Positions 25,766 through 41,663 of a stretch of DNA of 63,934 nucleotides are shown one piece after another (positions within the stretch are counted from its first letter, which is position 1; every line of letters starts with the position of its first letter). The notes beneath the pieces were generated by a model. It was given only the letters and a program-made list of their open reading frames with translations, did not search any database and was not told where the DNA came from. Origin of the DNA: Octopus bimaculoides (taxonomy: Eukaryota); assembly GCF_001194135.2 (NCBI RefSeq), contig NC_068985.1, positions 91,011,128-91,075,061 on the forward strand. Direction: 5' to 3'. A program made the translations under genes and the position numbers.

Positions 25766-25796
<31 letters not shown>

Positions 25797-25799
25797 AAT

Positions 25800-27135
25800 A
25801 TGTACCCACATTTATGGGTATATGCTACAGTAGCATCTACCCTACATATATATGTTAAGCTTTTACGCCTCCATCTGTACTTAATAGACTTTGTTTCTTC
25901 TGAGGACATCCACATCCATACTGTCAGGTCATTGAAGAATTGTCGACCTTTCAACCCGAAACCATTGCATTACCTGGTCCTGATAGTGAACGGGGGAGAT
26001 GTTAAATATATTATAAATTATGCCGTCCCTCTGGGCATTTGTATAATACACGATGTCAAAACAAGTACTAGCCCCTCCAGAATTTTCCAAATGTACGTTA
26101 TTATCTGTTTCTCAGTATTTCGATGCAGGATATAAATCGTAGCTTTTTCAGCAACTCTCAATAGTTGATCTGTTGCATTGGTACAATTCATTTAGTGTGG
26201 TGATGTTGAATCACTTCGAACTCCACTCATTTAAAATGTTTTATGGAGGTAAGCTTCGACCACAGCTGAAATCAGTAATCAGTAATCCACAGTAATCCAC
26301 AGCATCTTTATCTCAGTCCCTGAAGCATCTTGCCAGTTGTATTCACTTTCTTGTCATCTTGTTAACATGTATATGAAATGTGTCATCATTACATCCAATG
26401 ATCCTCAAGTCTCTCACTGCATGCGACTCTAGAATCGCAGTTCCTTTGAATAATATATATGCAGCTTGTGCTGCATTTGTGAGCTGAGAGCACAGTACTT
26501 GATATAATCCAGTCGGGTACAGCAAGTTAGTTACTTTGTCCAATTATATATTTTATTCAGGTCCTGCTGTAATCATGCAACATGCAACATCATCAGCTTC
26601 CTTTATTGCCTGTGATAATTTTCTATCAATGATGCAGCTAGTGACAGTGGCTGTCTGTATGAACATCAGTATGTCTAACAGAGCTACTATAAACAGTAAC
26701 TGCTCAAACACATTTCCTAGGATGATGCCACTAAGAATTTGTTTCTTTACAGAGAGAATCCTTAGGAAATCGTGTAACCTCTCCCATATTTTCTCTGCTA
26801 TGCGAATGTCTCGCAACTGATAAACGTCTGCCCATATGATAAACTGATCTACCTCGTTGAATTAAAAGGTGAAGATACAACACATAGGCATTTATGTAAT
26901 CGAGAATCGGCTTAAAAATCAGTCATAGTGTCGTAAGATTTGTGTGAGATAGCTTCTATAGTAGTGCTGAATATCGTTTATTAAGTCATGTTTTTCTACA
27001 AAAGATATCAGTATATTTCTAACGACTTGTTCCGTGGTTTTGGTGATAGGTGAAATTAAAGTGGTGGGCCGATAGCTTTTAGCTTCTGCTCTGCTTCCAC
27101 CTATTATGGATAGGGCATATATTGCAAGCATTCTT
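25800..27135 (-). mobile_element. CR1/L2-like (Jockey-group) LINE 3' fragment with decayed RT
   Basis: Minus strand gives GGSRAEAKSYRPTTLISPITK...HDLINDIQH...LTQILRHYD, a degenerate SGxxxGxVxxxLLFIVAL block and IITYIWKILEGLV. Confidence 0.8.
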
Positions 27136-27466
27136 TAAAAACATTTATACCTCAAAAGAGCCCTCCCCCTTTTATTTATTTTTCTAAATAACTAACGTTC
27201 TCTTCCTTACTGACTGTAATTATATATATATTAAACAAACATCATTGATTTAAATATAATATTTTAAAGCAGCTGTCATGAATTTGTTTTAAATACGTCC
27301 TAAATAATGGAATGCGAAATATTATTAGATCGTATCTTATGATAATCAATCCATTAATTAAATCCTGCGCATTTTGATAAACATTTGATTGAAAATGCAT
27401 TGTGAAAGATGTTTACAAAACCGAATATTTATATACTGTCTATATGCACATCACTTGAAATCTAAA

Positions 27467-27504
<38 letters not shown>

Positions 27505-28991
27505 NNNNNNNNNNNNNNNNNNNNNNNNNNNNNNNNNNNNNNNNNNNNNNNNNNNNNNNNNNNNNNNNNNNNNNNNNNNNNNNNNNNNNNNNNNNNNNNN
27601 NNNNNNNNNNNNNNNNNNNNNNNNNNNNNNNNNNNNNNNNNNNNNNNNNNNNNNNNNNNNNNNNNNNNNNNNNNNNNNNNNNNNNNNNNNNNNNNNNNNN
27701 NNNNNNNNNNATTCACATGTTTAAATAAAGAGAAAGACTGACTCACACGCACACACACACTAACAAATATATACAGATTGACAGTTGAATACATAAATAT
27801 ATAAATATAGATATGACTAAAAATAAATTCCAAGAAACATCCAAATTAATAACTTTACGAACAGAATAATTTCCATTAAACGGGAATATATCGAACATAG
27901 TTACATATTCACATACATTTTGCAGGTATTTTATTTCAATACGTATTTTTCTTTGTTAATATTAAATAACTATCGATGTTTAGTTTGAATATGATTTTCT
28001 CATTGAAATATCACATAGAGCAAAGAAAGTTCATTTCGTTCAACAACTTTCAAAAATACCCAACATTTCACAAATAAACAATATTTCTCCGATAAACAAT
28101 AGTTATACCATATAGAATATATCTTTGATCTCTGCTGAATAGGAACATCTCTGTCGCCATACTGCGTACGTTACATATATTAGTATTAATTTCTATATAT
28201 TCTTAGAATATTTCTGAATATTTTGGTTACTGAATATGTTTGAGGAAATATGCTTTGAAATAATATTAGGTCCCATTCTTGATAATTCTATTCAGAATAT
28301 ATTTCCTTTCCGTTTTATTTGTATGCGTCGCAATAAAATGTTGCATATAGAACAATTCTATCATTCCAGTTATTTTTAAATGTTGAATAGCAACATCACT
28401 AGGATTGCAGTCCATAACGAGAATAGAGATTTAGCTCGATTTTATCATTACAGACTTTGTATTTTCGTTCTTTAAACGCTCAAGTTGAAATAATTGTTTT
28501 CTGATTGGCCATACGAAAAAAAAAATGAGTAACAAGATTATTGTTGGATTCGATCGATACACTAAAACAAACGTAACATGTGAAGCCACATACTGACCTT
28601 AGGATACATTTTTGTACAGCTTCTCGGTGTATTCATCTAAAATGAAACCATTCTTCAATTAAATCAAATAATAAAAATATATCTGATATTAACCATATTC
28701 TGTCCAAATCGATTGCACAAAGTGTTAAGTCATCAGTTCCTTCTTAAAATAGCTACTTGCGTTCTATCTGCAATCAAACTTGCAAGCAAATCACTTTCGG
28801 GTTCGGTTACATAATCTATTATTAATTTTTCTGACATCTTCTGTTGCTATAATCATAGGAATAGCAATACCAATAAATTCATAAAATGATAGGAAATTGT
28901 ATATAAACATTTTAACATATTTATTTACTGCTCAAATCAAATTATGATTTATACATATTCAAATATATATTCCTGTGCTATATAAAATACT

Positions 28992-29290
28992 GGAGGCACA
29001 TGGCCTATTGGTTAAAGCAGCGGACTCGCGGTCGAGGGATCGTGGGTTCGAATCTCAGACCAGGCGATATGCGTGTTTATGAGCGAAAGACCTAAGCTCC
29101 ATGCAACTCATGCAGAAGTTAATGGTGAATTACTGCTGACTCCTTCGTCACAATTTTATTTCACTCTTTCCTCCTGTATCTAGCATGTCACCCCAAAGTG
29201 ACCGGCGTCCCGTCCAGGCGGGGAAACTATACACCAATGAAGCCGGGAAACCGTCCCTTATTAGCCAAGCATGACACGAGAAGAAACAAA
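28992..29290 (+). mobile_element. tRNA(Arg)-derived SINE (OR-type)
   Basis: GGAGGCACATGGCCTATTGGTTAAAGCAGCGGACTCGCGGTCGAGGGATCGTGGGTTCGAATCTC has A and B boxes and a TCG anticodon-like loop, followed by a non-tRNA body. Confidence 0.7.
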
Positions 29291-32277
29291 TTACATAAAC
29301 TACTAATCGTCTAACTCAGATGTATTCAATAATATTTCAAAGAACGGGCTCATAGATTTAAGTTTGATAAGCGAGAGGATAGGGGAATTAGGAAAAAAAC
29401 AAATGATGGTTATAATCTTTGCAAGAATCAAGAAAGATGCGCTCTTTGCTTTTCACCTTTTCACAGTCGCTTGTCCTTCTCTTTCAGTAACGTGCATATA
29501 TACATGGAAAACATGAAAGCGTTGTTAGTCGCTTCAAATCGGTAACGCTTAGCGTTATCAATATCAAATTTCGTGGGAATTATCAGTCTCCCTCACTCTT
29601 CCGTGTTTTATTCTTTTATTTGGAATAATGTTATGATATATCTGAAATAAATATTTATATTCATTATTGCATTTCTGCAAACAGATATTGCGCTGTGCAA
29701 TGTATTTTCAGTATATTGAAGATGATGTAAATCCATTCAGTCAGTTGGTATATAGGTCTAACCCTTATACACAACCGATAGCACGGCTTCCATAAAGCTG
29801 CGATAGTCTGACAACTGTATGTACGATGGGCTGAGGCATTCGTTCATGTTCAGAAATTTGCAACAATAACTCTAACTGGACACTAGTATCTACGTTGGTT
29901 GTCGGATTGTTTAGTCTAGACTTTATTGTTTGAACGAAAAAGCGCTAACGAACTACTCTAGGAGATACAGCACTAACATTTCGGCCAGTGTAGTGAAAAA
30001 AAAGACTTGTATCAGATAAACATTTTTATTTTCAAACCTCATTCGCTCTCACCTGCTTCTATGAAGCAATAGGCTGCCAGAAATATTCCGTCTCTAAAAT
30101 GTGGGGCACCCAGCGTCCAATTACGTTTGAGTGCCCAACATTCATGTCGCAGTATAATATTTCGTTTCAAGCATTCTTTAGATACAATAATTAATGGTAA
30201 GATGGATTGACTATTACAGAGGAAATCATGATGGGATAACAATAATATAGTTTAGATGAATAAAGAAAATTTTTTGTTGGCGTGTTTCTGTTTGCAAAAA
30301 TGTAGCCAGTTATGTGGATTGGTCAAATATCTGAGATTTTTAAAGCACAGAAAATAAATTAAAATGTATAACACAAGTCATATAAAAAATGTATGTTTAT
30401 TGTGAATCATAATTTATGGGCAATATAATAAGTACACGTAAAAAAAATTCCGAAGGATGCACATGCGTCTTATTTAGATTTATATATACACATAAAACAT
30501 TAATATAAATTGAAATTTAGAAATTTGTGGTATGTGATCGTTAAAGCTGCTGTGTGTGTCTTTCGATGGTTGTTTGTTATAAAACATATAAACTAAGTAA
30601 GTAATGAGAATTATTTATTTGTTTACTAATGGATAATATGAAAATCATGATTCTTCAACATAGGTAAAAAAAAACTTTTCTTTTTTTCCGGAAACAAATT
30701 TATTCTGAACAATCTCCGTCTAAGCAAAACAAGATAATTTCCCAGACAGAAAGTATTATTTCCCACTTTTTTTTAATGGAGACATCGTGCGAATTAAACA
30801 TGACACACTTATCTGCTGTACATGTTTTCTTTATTAGAAAGTTCTGAATGATACATTAGCAGTACACATAATAGTATACTGACAAAGACTTTGATATACT
30901 ATATAATATATTTACTGAAAGCCGTATCATGCAAACAACAGTTTGTATATAGAGTTACAAGGAAAATACTTTACGCATTTAATAAGGAGTCTTTCTATAA
31001 ATTAAGGCTTAATGAAATGTAATCTACTTCTCATTGCAAGAAGCTTTCAGTTAAATGATCAATAACACGTCAATCTTCAGAAATTACATACAAACTGATA
31101 TAGTTTTCAGAAAATACATCCAGAATTCGTACATGAAGTCATTATGAAGTCCGCTTGTGTCTAACTCTTCCAAAAGTTTTACTGCTATTGAATCCCAAAT
31201 CCAAACTACACACCTAACCAAAAATGAATTCCTAGGGAGAAACGTCAACCGGAAATCATATAAACCTAACTTCAAGAAAGTACTGTAGACAGCAGTTAAC
31301 ATATTTTCAATAGAGAACGAACATAAATATGAAGTCGATTAAGTTCCAAATATGCGGCTGGTTAGAGCGTTTACACACAGCAGAGTATTAAGTATTTTAA
31401 ATGACAAAAAATCAACAATAAATGAATAATAATCCCTTTTTCAAATAGTAGAGCTTGTAACAAAGAAATGCGCCTAGCATCTAAGCGTATTTATGTGCAA
31501 TAAGTGTAGTGATATCAAGACATTCAACAACGAGGATTAATTTTTCTCATTAAATGAATTATCTAAACTTGAAATAAATAACTGTCAGAGAATTCCACTG
31601 ACATATAAATTTAGGGTTTTTCTAAGAATCTGAATGATAACGAGTATGACAATAATTTCCCAGTTAAATCAGACCAACTGGATGGATTTCTATACAATTT
31701 CAATCGGCAAAATTTCCCTCATAACTAATGTGTTGACAAGAGGTGAAGGAAAATAATATTTGTGTAAGATGCAGCACAGCTTGATAAAAGCTGAGAGATG
31801 CTTGAGAATTAAAATACTCAGCAATTTGGTTATTCTCTACGAATACACTCCTGCACACAGACAAATGCATGCATGCAAGCACACACATGCGTCCACGCAC
31901 ACAACTGCAAAAGAACACAAGTGCGCACTCACACGTGTATGCAGTCCAACAAGCTCAAAAGCAACACATGTGTATCTTTTCTTTAATCGTGAATGCACTC
32001 TTTTAGATATAACAACTACAGATGAATGCACTTGCGTTTTCTTGAGATTATTACATGCAGGAAATAGATGAACGAGAAATGAAATTTAACATTGTGTCTT
32101 AGTAATTGTTAAACATATTGTGTACGTCCTTTGGAGGTTTATTATAAAAGGAAATGAACTATGGAAATTATAAGAAGTATTAATTAGCTTACATGCTTCA
32201 TTAGCTTACAAGTTTTCAACGCCACTCGTTGTTCTAACACACTTTGTTCTATAACACGGCTTCAGTATTACGCTCAT

Positions 32278-32410
32278 TCTCTCTCCATGTCTCTTTCTCC
32301 TTTTCTCTCTCTCTTTCTTTCTCTCTCTCTCTCTATCTCTCTCTTTCTCTCTCTCTCCCTCTCTCTCTCTCATACACACTCTTTTCTGTCTCTCACTCTC
32401 TCACTTTCTT
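32278..32410. repeat. Imperfect (CT)n microsatellite
   Basis: Visible directly in the sequence. Confidence 0.85.
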
Positions 32411-32924
32411 TCTCTGAATTTGATTCCACCTATGAAATTTAATGCTCCGTAGGTACGGCACTAGATACTCGAACGTCAGCTTCAGGCAACCGAATGTAGA
32501 AAGGAACGAAGTACAACATGGCTTCTTGGAACTTGGCTGCTACTGTTCAAAGCAGGTCACATATTGTTGTTGAAAATGGTACTGAAATATTAGTGACATG
32601 ACATGCATCAACAGCCTGTATTACTTGTACAATGTGGCTGGACATGATTTTGGTGGTGCCTCGCTGTCTGGAAAATATTTGTGAGAAACGTATGTGAGAG
32701 AAATCGCCGTTCTGTGTGTATTTGTGTGTGTGTGTGTGGGTGCATGTAAGTGTCTGCATCTGCCTGCCAGCTGTATGGATGCGTGGATATATGTCCCTGT
32801 GTGGGGGGAGTGAGGCTTCCATGTGCTTGTATCAACTGTGTATGTATATCAGCTATACGTATGTGCTAATGTGTTATGACTACGAAACTTATTTTTCCGT
32901 GTATCTACCCAACCCTTGTATACC

Positions 32925-32955
<31 letters not shown>

Positions 32956-33599
32956 NNNNNNNNNNNNNNNNNNNNNNNNNNNNNNNNNNNNNNNNNNNNN
33001 NNNNNNNNNNNNNNNNNNNNNNNNNNNNNNNNNNNNNNNNNNNNNNNNNNNNNNNNNNNNNNNNNNNNNNNNNNNNNNNNNNNNNNNNNNNNNNNNNNNN
33101 NNNNNNNNNNNNNNNNNNNNNNNNNNNNNNNNNNNNNNNNNNNNNNNNNNNNNNNNNNNNNNNNNNNNNNNNNNNNNNNNNNNNNNNNNNNNNNNNNNNN
33201 NNNNNNNNNNNNNNNNNNNNNNNNNNNNNNNNNNNNNNNNNNNNNNNNNNNNNNNNNNNNNNNNNNNNNNNNNNNNNNNNNNNNNNNNNNNNNNNNNNNN
33301 NNNNNNNNNNNNNNNNNNNNNNNNNNNNNNNNNNNNNNNNNNNNNNNNNNNNNNNNNNNNNNNNNNNNNNNNNNNNNNNNNNNNNNNNNNNNNNNNNNNN
33401 NNNNNNNNNNNNNNNNNNNNNNNNNNNNNNNNNNNNNNNNNNNNNNNNNNNNNNNNNNNNNNNNNNNNNNNNNNNNNNNNNNNNNNNNNNNNNNNNNNNN
33501 NNNNNNNNNNNNNNNNNNNNNNNNNNNNNNNNNNNNNNNNNNNNNNNNNNNNNNNNNNNNNNNNNNNNNNNNNNNNNNNNNNNNNNNNNNNNNNNNNNA

Positions 33600-33850
33600 T
33601 CATGATGTTAGAATCTTTGTATTTTCGTATTTTCTCAAGAAAATTTTAGTCCATGTTGCATGTGGAGAAGTTTTTGAATGAATGATTCAACAAGTAGGAA
33701 AAATCTAATAGGTTGTAATTGGTGATCGTTTTTATTAGTGAGAAAGGAGGTAATTTTTCATCTTTCGGAGAGGGGATAAATACGGACAAGAACATAAAGG
33801 CAGAAATAGCGGGAACAACTATGTACAATGATGGGTATATGATGATGAGT
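33600..33850 (-). mobile_element. Possible decayed PLE fragment (RT thumb/linker region)
   Basis: Minus-strand peptides KDEKLPPF..NYNL..SFKNFSTCNM..NTKI loosely resemble the PLE LPF.THNP..NTKII region. Weak. Confidence 0.3.
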
Positions 33851-36635
33851 TAAAATATATACTAAGACCAAAGCTGCTTATGCGTCCCTCAGTCGACTGA
33901 ATCCCTCCCAATTCCATTTTTTCTCTACTGCACCCTTGGGCACCAGCGCCCGCATGGATCGTCCCAACGCACACCGTGGGGCGGTAGCGCCCACTTTGAG
34001 TGCCTATGATGCAGAGTATTAAATGTAAGAGAAGTAGCTTTATTGCTTTTTATTTAATTTGTGACGAAATATCGTATTCAGTTATTCTTTTAAATAATCA
34101 TGTAATACTATTGGGCTATCTGTTCAAAGTGTTATTCTCTTCAATTCTGAAAGCTGTGTTCGTTCATCTCTATACATTCACCAGTTATTCTGTAGACGTT
34201 TATTAATTTCATTTCTCCCAGAATTATATACAGCCTATTCTGGAAAAATTCACGACGAAAATTTAAGCGCATGTTCAGTGTCTTACTATTATTTGTAGTT
34301 TAAAATGTAGTAAATTATCGTCGAAGATTTCATGGACATCTTCTAAACTGTATTACCAAACAGAAGTCTTGCCATGATTAGTATTGTTTTAATATTTTTT
34401 AGATTATGTAAAGGAAAATTAAAACAAATAATGTATTCTTCACGTGAAGTATTATTGGAACTTTTGAGAAACTCTTCATTTTATGGCAATTATTGCAGAT
34501 ACCGCAAACATTCAGGTAAAAATAAAATCAGTGCATATAATTAACAACCTGAAAGCGAAATAATAGCTGGAGGGATTCAAATTTCTTTAAACGATGCAAC
34601 ATAACAATGACTAAATTTTAAGAATAAATTCGCAGGCACAATTTCTTTAAAAAATAAATCAATAGCAGAGAAACCCCCCAAAATGATATAATCAAATTGT
34701 ATTTTATATAAAGATTGCTCTCTGTGGACATGGAACTAAACGTGCTTCATTCCATGTTTATTAACCGAAAGTTAGATTGCGTGAATTAATATAATTAGCA
34801 AGGACACTACACTCTCAACACCATTTGCGAAATTATAATCCTGTACTAATGAAAAACCATCTGTGTTAGTAAGAGACATCGGATAACAACAGCAACAACA
34901 ACAACAACAACAACAATATTAATAATTATAATAATAATAATAATAACAACAACAACAATATTAATACGCCTGAGAACTGAAGACATACATTTAGAAAACA
35001 ATGACAACTGCTAAAACATGTTTTTCTATTCACATATATAGCTAAGAAAATTGAGGAGAAAAGAAAAAAAAATATACACGATTAAGGGAAGTGTGTTACA
35101 CCCAGGTCTCAGTAGCATTGGGAAGGGTAAGCAAAACAGACAAAAATAAACAGCCGTTATATAACATTTTCAAAACAGATTTTTAAGGCGAAAATAATCA
35201 GTGTTCCAAGAAGCTTATAACGAGTATCCCTCTTGATAAGTTCTCTCACCGTAAACAAGAATCCATGCGAGAGACGAACAGCATATTGTCGACATATAAA
35301 TGCGCTCAAGATATTTAACTTAGTGTCTGCAGAGTATTGTTTATATTTTCCAGCAAGACAAAATGAGTACACAGAAATTTTCCAAAAGCACCAACTTTAA
35401 ATACAAAATATAGAGGTATCGGCTTTTTCTGCGGTCAACTTTACTGTGGCTGCCGTAATGTAAGATATAAAGGAAGCGTTTCAATTTATACCTTAGTATC
35501 ACTCACAGAAGAAATGACATCAACCATTTTAAGTGGAGGCTATTGCTACCAACAGTTTCTAACAACTAAAAGTGAATTAAAAAGTGTGGACGTGAAACCA
35601 TTTCGGCTTCCCTCAGAGACTGGAGGGAAGATTTCTGGACGCAGATTAATAACATATTTAATCAGCAACCGTGTAGATTTTGGGTTAAAACCGAAGATTA
35701 GTTTCAACTAAGACGAATAAGTCCTCAACTGAAAACGATTCTGATCTAAACTTTCCCTATGAGCATGTGTTGATTTTGCAGCTGTGGACAGATGCGGCCT
35801 AAGTACTAAAACTAAGTATTAAGTATTATGATATTACACAATAACGCACAAACCATTATATTTAACGCAAAATGCAATGGAAAAAAAGCAACACAGAAAT
35901 TTCCGGTTCATACGTACACACACTCTCCCCCACACAAACAAGCGCAAACAAATATATACAATTATATATTTTTTGAGCCAATAAATACTGGCCCTGCTGG
36001 ATTTTGAATAGGAGTGTATGAATGTTTTTGCATGAATCAAAATGAAGTACTGCATTGTATATTCATAAGAAAATTGTTCAAATGTGTCTACATCACGTAT
36101 CTTTCAATATGATGACACGAGTTGAGATAGTTCTTAGAAAATTCAGTTAGTTTTCTACATATGCATCGTATTTTGTTTCGTATTAATGCATATTATAAAT
36201 GGAAATCGTGAATATAACTATGTTTTATTCAAATACACAGTAATTTTCTTCGTATTAAATATAATAGAAAATATAATTACCATAATTTCGACCATATATA
36301 AATTTAAATTTCATAAATATAGTAAGCCAGCCGCAAAACAAGTTATTTGAGCTAAATCTGAAAAAAAGATGTCTGGATGTGGGATAGTGGTAAATGCTGT
36401 TTATTGGCCCAGTAAACTCGTATTAAGGAAGGAAAGAAATGTATTTAGCTTCTGGCTGTAAATAAGATGGATATCATAAATACGCTATTTTCGTTTTTCA
36501 AATTGAATCTCTGCGACAAATATATACATATTCTTTTTTTTTTATTCTTATCATACATATACATATTAGTGCGTATGAGAGTGAATTTCATATATATGCA
36601 TTATATATATATATATATATATATATATAGATATG

Positions 36636-36691
<56 letters not shown>

Positions 36692-36778
36692 TTTATATAT
36701 AAATACATATACATATAAAAAATATGCATACGTAGCGTATGTGCCTGTTTAACTCCGTTTATGAGTGTNNNNNNNNNN

Positions 36779-36809
<31 letters not shown>

Positions 36810-39088
36810 GAGACAGCGAACGTGAGAGAGATTGGGAGCGATGTGTATAGCTAGAAAGAGAGTGAATACATCCCTTTTAGAAAGTGTATATGTGTGTATG
36901 TGTGTGTGTATGTGTGTGTGTATGTGTACATATGTACATAATAAGTTGCAATGTTTGCCTGATAGGTATCTGCATAAGAGCGCCTAGTTAATACGGACGA
37001 TTTATTTTATAATGTATTAAATAATATTTGGGAAAACATATTTATAACCAACCATTTCATTTTGATATTTAATACAAGCGTATTTTTCACACACGGTATA
37101 TGTGTATTTCTTCAAATTTGGTAGACTTTGAAAAGAACATGATTTTTGACACAGATTTCTATTAAATATACAAGAATAAAACATGGGTGTCATCAGCGCC
37201 ACTATCATTATCTGCTTTTTACTGGGAATATTTGCATTAATCTGCTACCATAACAGTGAAAACGATTGGAACCAAGCATCATAGATTAGGGAAAGATTTA
37301 AGTATATTGTTAAGGAAAATAAGTTTCCACTTATAAAAACATTATACGGTATGTCATACAGTGGTACATTTCTTGATCACAAGATTAAATATTTGCAGAA
37401 AAAATTAGCCTCATCGAAAGTGAATAAAATACCATTATGTTTAAAATTGCCAAGAAGCGTAACCAGACGTGCAAATTAGATGATTCATCGAAAACATATG
37501 ATGTATGCCCATTAGCAATATTTCGAAATATAACAATTCAAACGAAAATTACCAGATTATATACTTCCGTTAAAATTAGATACTTTGTGAAATTAATACA
37601 GCCAAAACCATTCCTTTGTGTAGCACACATATGACTAAAACTTAATCGGGAAAACTTGTACCATGAACAAATCCGTACTTAATATATTGCGGTATGCATC
37701 AGAAGCAACACAGAAAAAGAACGATAATTCCTTAGTATAAAATAGCACAAACGCGCGGCTATGATATTTTTAGCATTATTTATAACAAATTTGAGAAATA
37801 ATTAAATAACTGAACTAAAATGTATTCATGTGGTAAATCCAAAGATGTTTTGCATAAGCCTCAGCAAGAATATCTTTCAGTGATCTCCATACTAAAATAA
37901 GTATTCCTATTTTGTGCTCAAAAAAGCACAGCACCAGTTATAAACTAATTTATGTGGTCAATCAAACACCATGTTAATGCTTGGAATATCTCGGTCGATC
38001 TTAGGTTATTTATAGATCTAGTACCATAGAGAATTTAATATGCTATACATCTAGTCGATTATCACTATTGCAGTCGAATAATTTATTGATTTGGGTTTTG
38101 TAGGGAAAGCTATATATAATTATAATTCGTCATGAAATTCAAATAGAAAAGAAAATTTGAGAGCATGAAATTCAAATTAAGGCTTACAACATGTGGCACA
38201 TTGTCACATATAATGTCCTTACGAAAGATAAAAGCATGCTAAATAGTGTTGTTTAGTCTAGTTATGTATGGGAACTAAAACTATATATGTACATAATTTA
38301 ATGCACAGATGACTGTACTAGCAACTAATATGTAAGACATCGATTTTCACATTTAGACACATTCGTTACGTAAATAAATTGCTTGGAGAATTGTACATAT
38401 TGAGCATATATGAAGATTTATTCAATTTTCTTCCAAACATGGAAGAAGGAAGCAATTAACATTGCACTGAGTACGACCATGCAACTCATACAATTTATAT
38501 ATACTTGTTGAGGAAATTTTATTATGTATTGTTTAGCATGAGTTCTCGTATAAAACATAGAGCATCTGCATACATTCGACATTTAGCAATAACTGATATG
38601 AAGATAGCATCAAAGATACTTCATTTTTTTTTCTACACGAAATTTCTAATTAGCATATATTAAGTCACACCCGAAGACTATTTGCATACACAAACGTATA
38701 TTCATGTAAACATAACAACACACACACAAAGAACGCATTCGCGCACGCATATATACATATATATACGTATTTATATATATACGTATATATATATATATAT
38801 ATNNNNNNNNNNNNNNNNNNNNNNNNNNNNNNNNNNNNNNNNNNNNNNNNNNNNNNNNNNNNNNNNNNNNNNNNNNNNNNNNNNNNNNNNNNNNNNNNNN
38901 NNNNNNNNNNNNNNNNNNNNNNNNNNNNNNNNNNNNNNNNNNNNNNNNNNNNNNNNNNNNNNNNNNNNNNNNNNNNNNNNNNNNNNNNNNNNNNNNNNNN
39001 NNNNNNNNNNNNNNNNNNNNNNNNNNNNNNNNNNNNNNNNNNNNNNNNNNNNNNNNNNNNNNNNNNNNNNNNNNNNNNNNNNNNNNNN

Positions 39089-39122
<34 letters not shown>

Positions 39123-40562
39123 CATATATATATATATATATGTGTGTATGTATGTATATGTATACATATGCATTTCCGTATGTATATATATAATACATCG
39201 ATCTGTGACACTGTCTCTTTGCTAATATCACTGATGATTCATCACAATATCCTTCTCTTAATGTATGGTTTCTGATTAATATTCAAGGCCTCATATTAGT
39301 TCAATCAAATGTTTGTTTGTATTACCTTAATTGTTGGTATGAAAAATTGGTAAATCGAAATATCTAAAGTTATTTTCTTCCTCTATACTTATGAAAATCC
39401 TATTAGTTATGAAATATAACGAATGTGGGATAAAAAATAAGCAAAATGTTTTCCTATTTTCATATTTTAATATGTACCATTTCTGCAATAAGTATTTTAA
39501 CATATATATATACATTTGCATGTATTCATGTGTGTGTGTGTGCTTATGCATGTATGCATATCTTCATATTCACCTAATACTAATTGATTATAGCATGGCC
39601 ACTAAACATTCCCGCAAACAATGTCAGCTACAGACATATTCAAACTCTTATGCATACACAAAACTATGTACATACGTTTAGAATGTGGGGTCGTTGCACC
39701 GTCAGTTATCCATGCATGTCAACAGCATGTGTTTGTGCACACTTATGAATGTGTGCGTGTGTATGTGAGTGAGTGATTATTTATATAACTAATGTCTATT
39801 ATATATATATATTTAAATATGAATTATATATTGCTACAGTGTCATTTGCATAAGACCACATTAAATCGGAAGCTTTGCGTCAAGTGAGTATGTAACGATG
39901 TATTTATCATTATATTTTTCTACTTATATGTCCTTAGTAAATAACAATTCATTAGTGAAAAGTATCAAGGAGACGAAAGGAACCCGAAATGAATATCGCG
40001 TATGGGTCTTAACAGAAAAACTAACAGATGTACCTCAATAGATCTTTGGTTATACTAAGAAGCGTTCCATTATAAATAATGTTTTCCTGGATACCGATTC
40101 AATTACGTGTTTATCGCATTTTAAGGCATTTTATTCTTTATCCAATTTTAACTCATATTAGTGAATAATGTAATTAAAAATAAATGTGTTATCTCCCTCT
40201 TCTTCACTTTCAATTTTTTTTTTATTTCATTATATTAAATGAAAAAAATAGAGAAATTCATAAAAAAAATCAGTTATGATTATTCTAATCTGTTTGAGGT
40301 TTACAAAATCGATGACAAAGTGTATAGAGCATGCATAATAAATGAAACAGAACTTAATCAGTGGAATATTTCTCATCATTTATTCCATAGCGTTATATTT
40401 TATATTATAATTAATCTTCATTTATTAATGATCAAAACCATCTGTTTGAAGAGGCACGTTTTAATTTCTCTTACAAACGCGTTCATATGTACACACACAC
40501 ACACAGGCACGCACACACACACGCAATCACACAAACACATGCATGTGTATATATACGCATCA

Positions 40563-40600
<38 letters not shown>

Positions 40601-41397
40601 NNNNNNNNNNNNNNNNNNNNNNNNNNNNNNNNNNNNNNNNNNNNNNNNNNNNNNNNNNNNNNNNNNNNNNNNNNNNNNNNNNNNNNNNNNNNNNNNNNNN
40701 NNNNNNNNNNNNNNNNNNNNNNNNNNNNNNNNNNNNNNNNNNNNNNNNNNNNNNNNNNNNNNNNNNNNNNNNNNNNNNNNNNNNNNNNNNNNNNNNNNNN
40801 NNNNNNNNNNNNNNNNNNNNNNNNNNNNNNNNNNNNNNNNNNNNNNNNNNNNNNNNNNNNNNNNNNNNNNNNNNNNNNNNNNNNNNNNNNNNNNNNNNNN
40901 NNNNNNNNNNNNNNNNNNNNNNNNNNNNNNNNNNNNNNNNNNNNNNNNNATATATAAGAAATGATTTTGAAAAAATTTCATTAACTTTAATATTTAATTT
41001 CTACTGCAATTTAATTGCTTTTTCGTAATTTCCTATTAGTCCGTAACTTATAATTAACAGTGAAAGGTGCACTTCGGTATAATTATATTTTTAGTTACAA
41101 TAATAATATTTATTGTATTATACATAATTGTAATTTTATTTTGTATGAAAAGAAATCATAATATTAGATTTGAAATCAAATTAAGTTTTAAACAATTGTC
41201 TCCCTTGATTCTAGGATTCAAAGAGCTGTCTATGCTTGTAATTTTACAGGCATCCCAAAATTTGATGCATGTATACATACATACATACATACACACACAC
41301 ATACATACATATATGTATATATATAAATACACACGCACATAGACACACACACATGTATGTATAGATACGTTTACATATATATACATATATGTATATA

Positions 41398-41469
<72 letters not shown>

Positions 41470-41663
41470 CGTGTGTGTGCGTATGTGTGTGGAGTTCGAG
41501 CACCACCGTGGTCCTTCCGATTTCCTTAGTCTGGGCTTTTTAACATCACCACTCCTGTATGTGACTCTGTTCCAGTTGTTGACCCATTTGGTGCATGTGG
41601 GGAGTTTGTTTCAGCTACCCTCATCTGCGCCTTATGTCGGGTTTTTTTTTCAGGTGATGATGA

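Noticed and set aside
28992-29065. tRNA-Arg-like sequence as a functional tRNA gene
   Set aside because: The acceptor and anticodon stems are imperfect and it runs straight into a SINE body.
30039-30242. Minus-strand open frame ending at a CAG|GTGAG donor-like site (possible exon)
   Set aside because: The peptide is not recognisable, the acceptor is weak and no partner exons were found. It needs RNA-seq.
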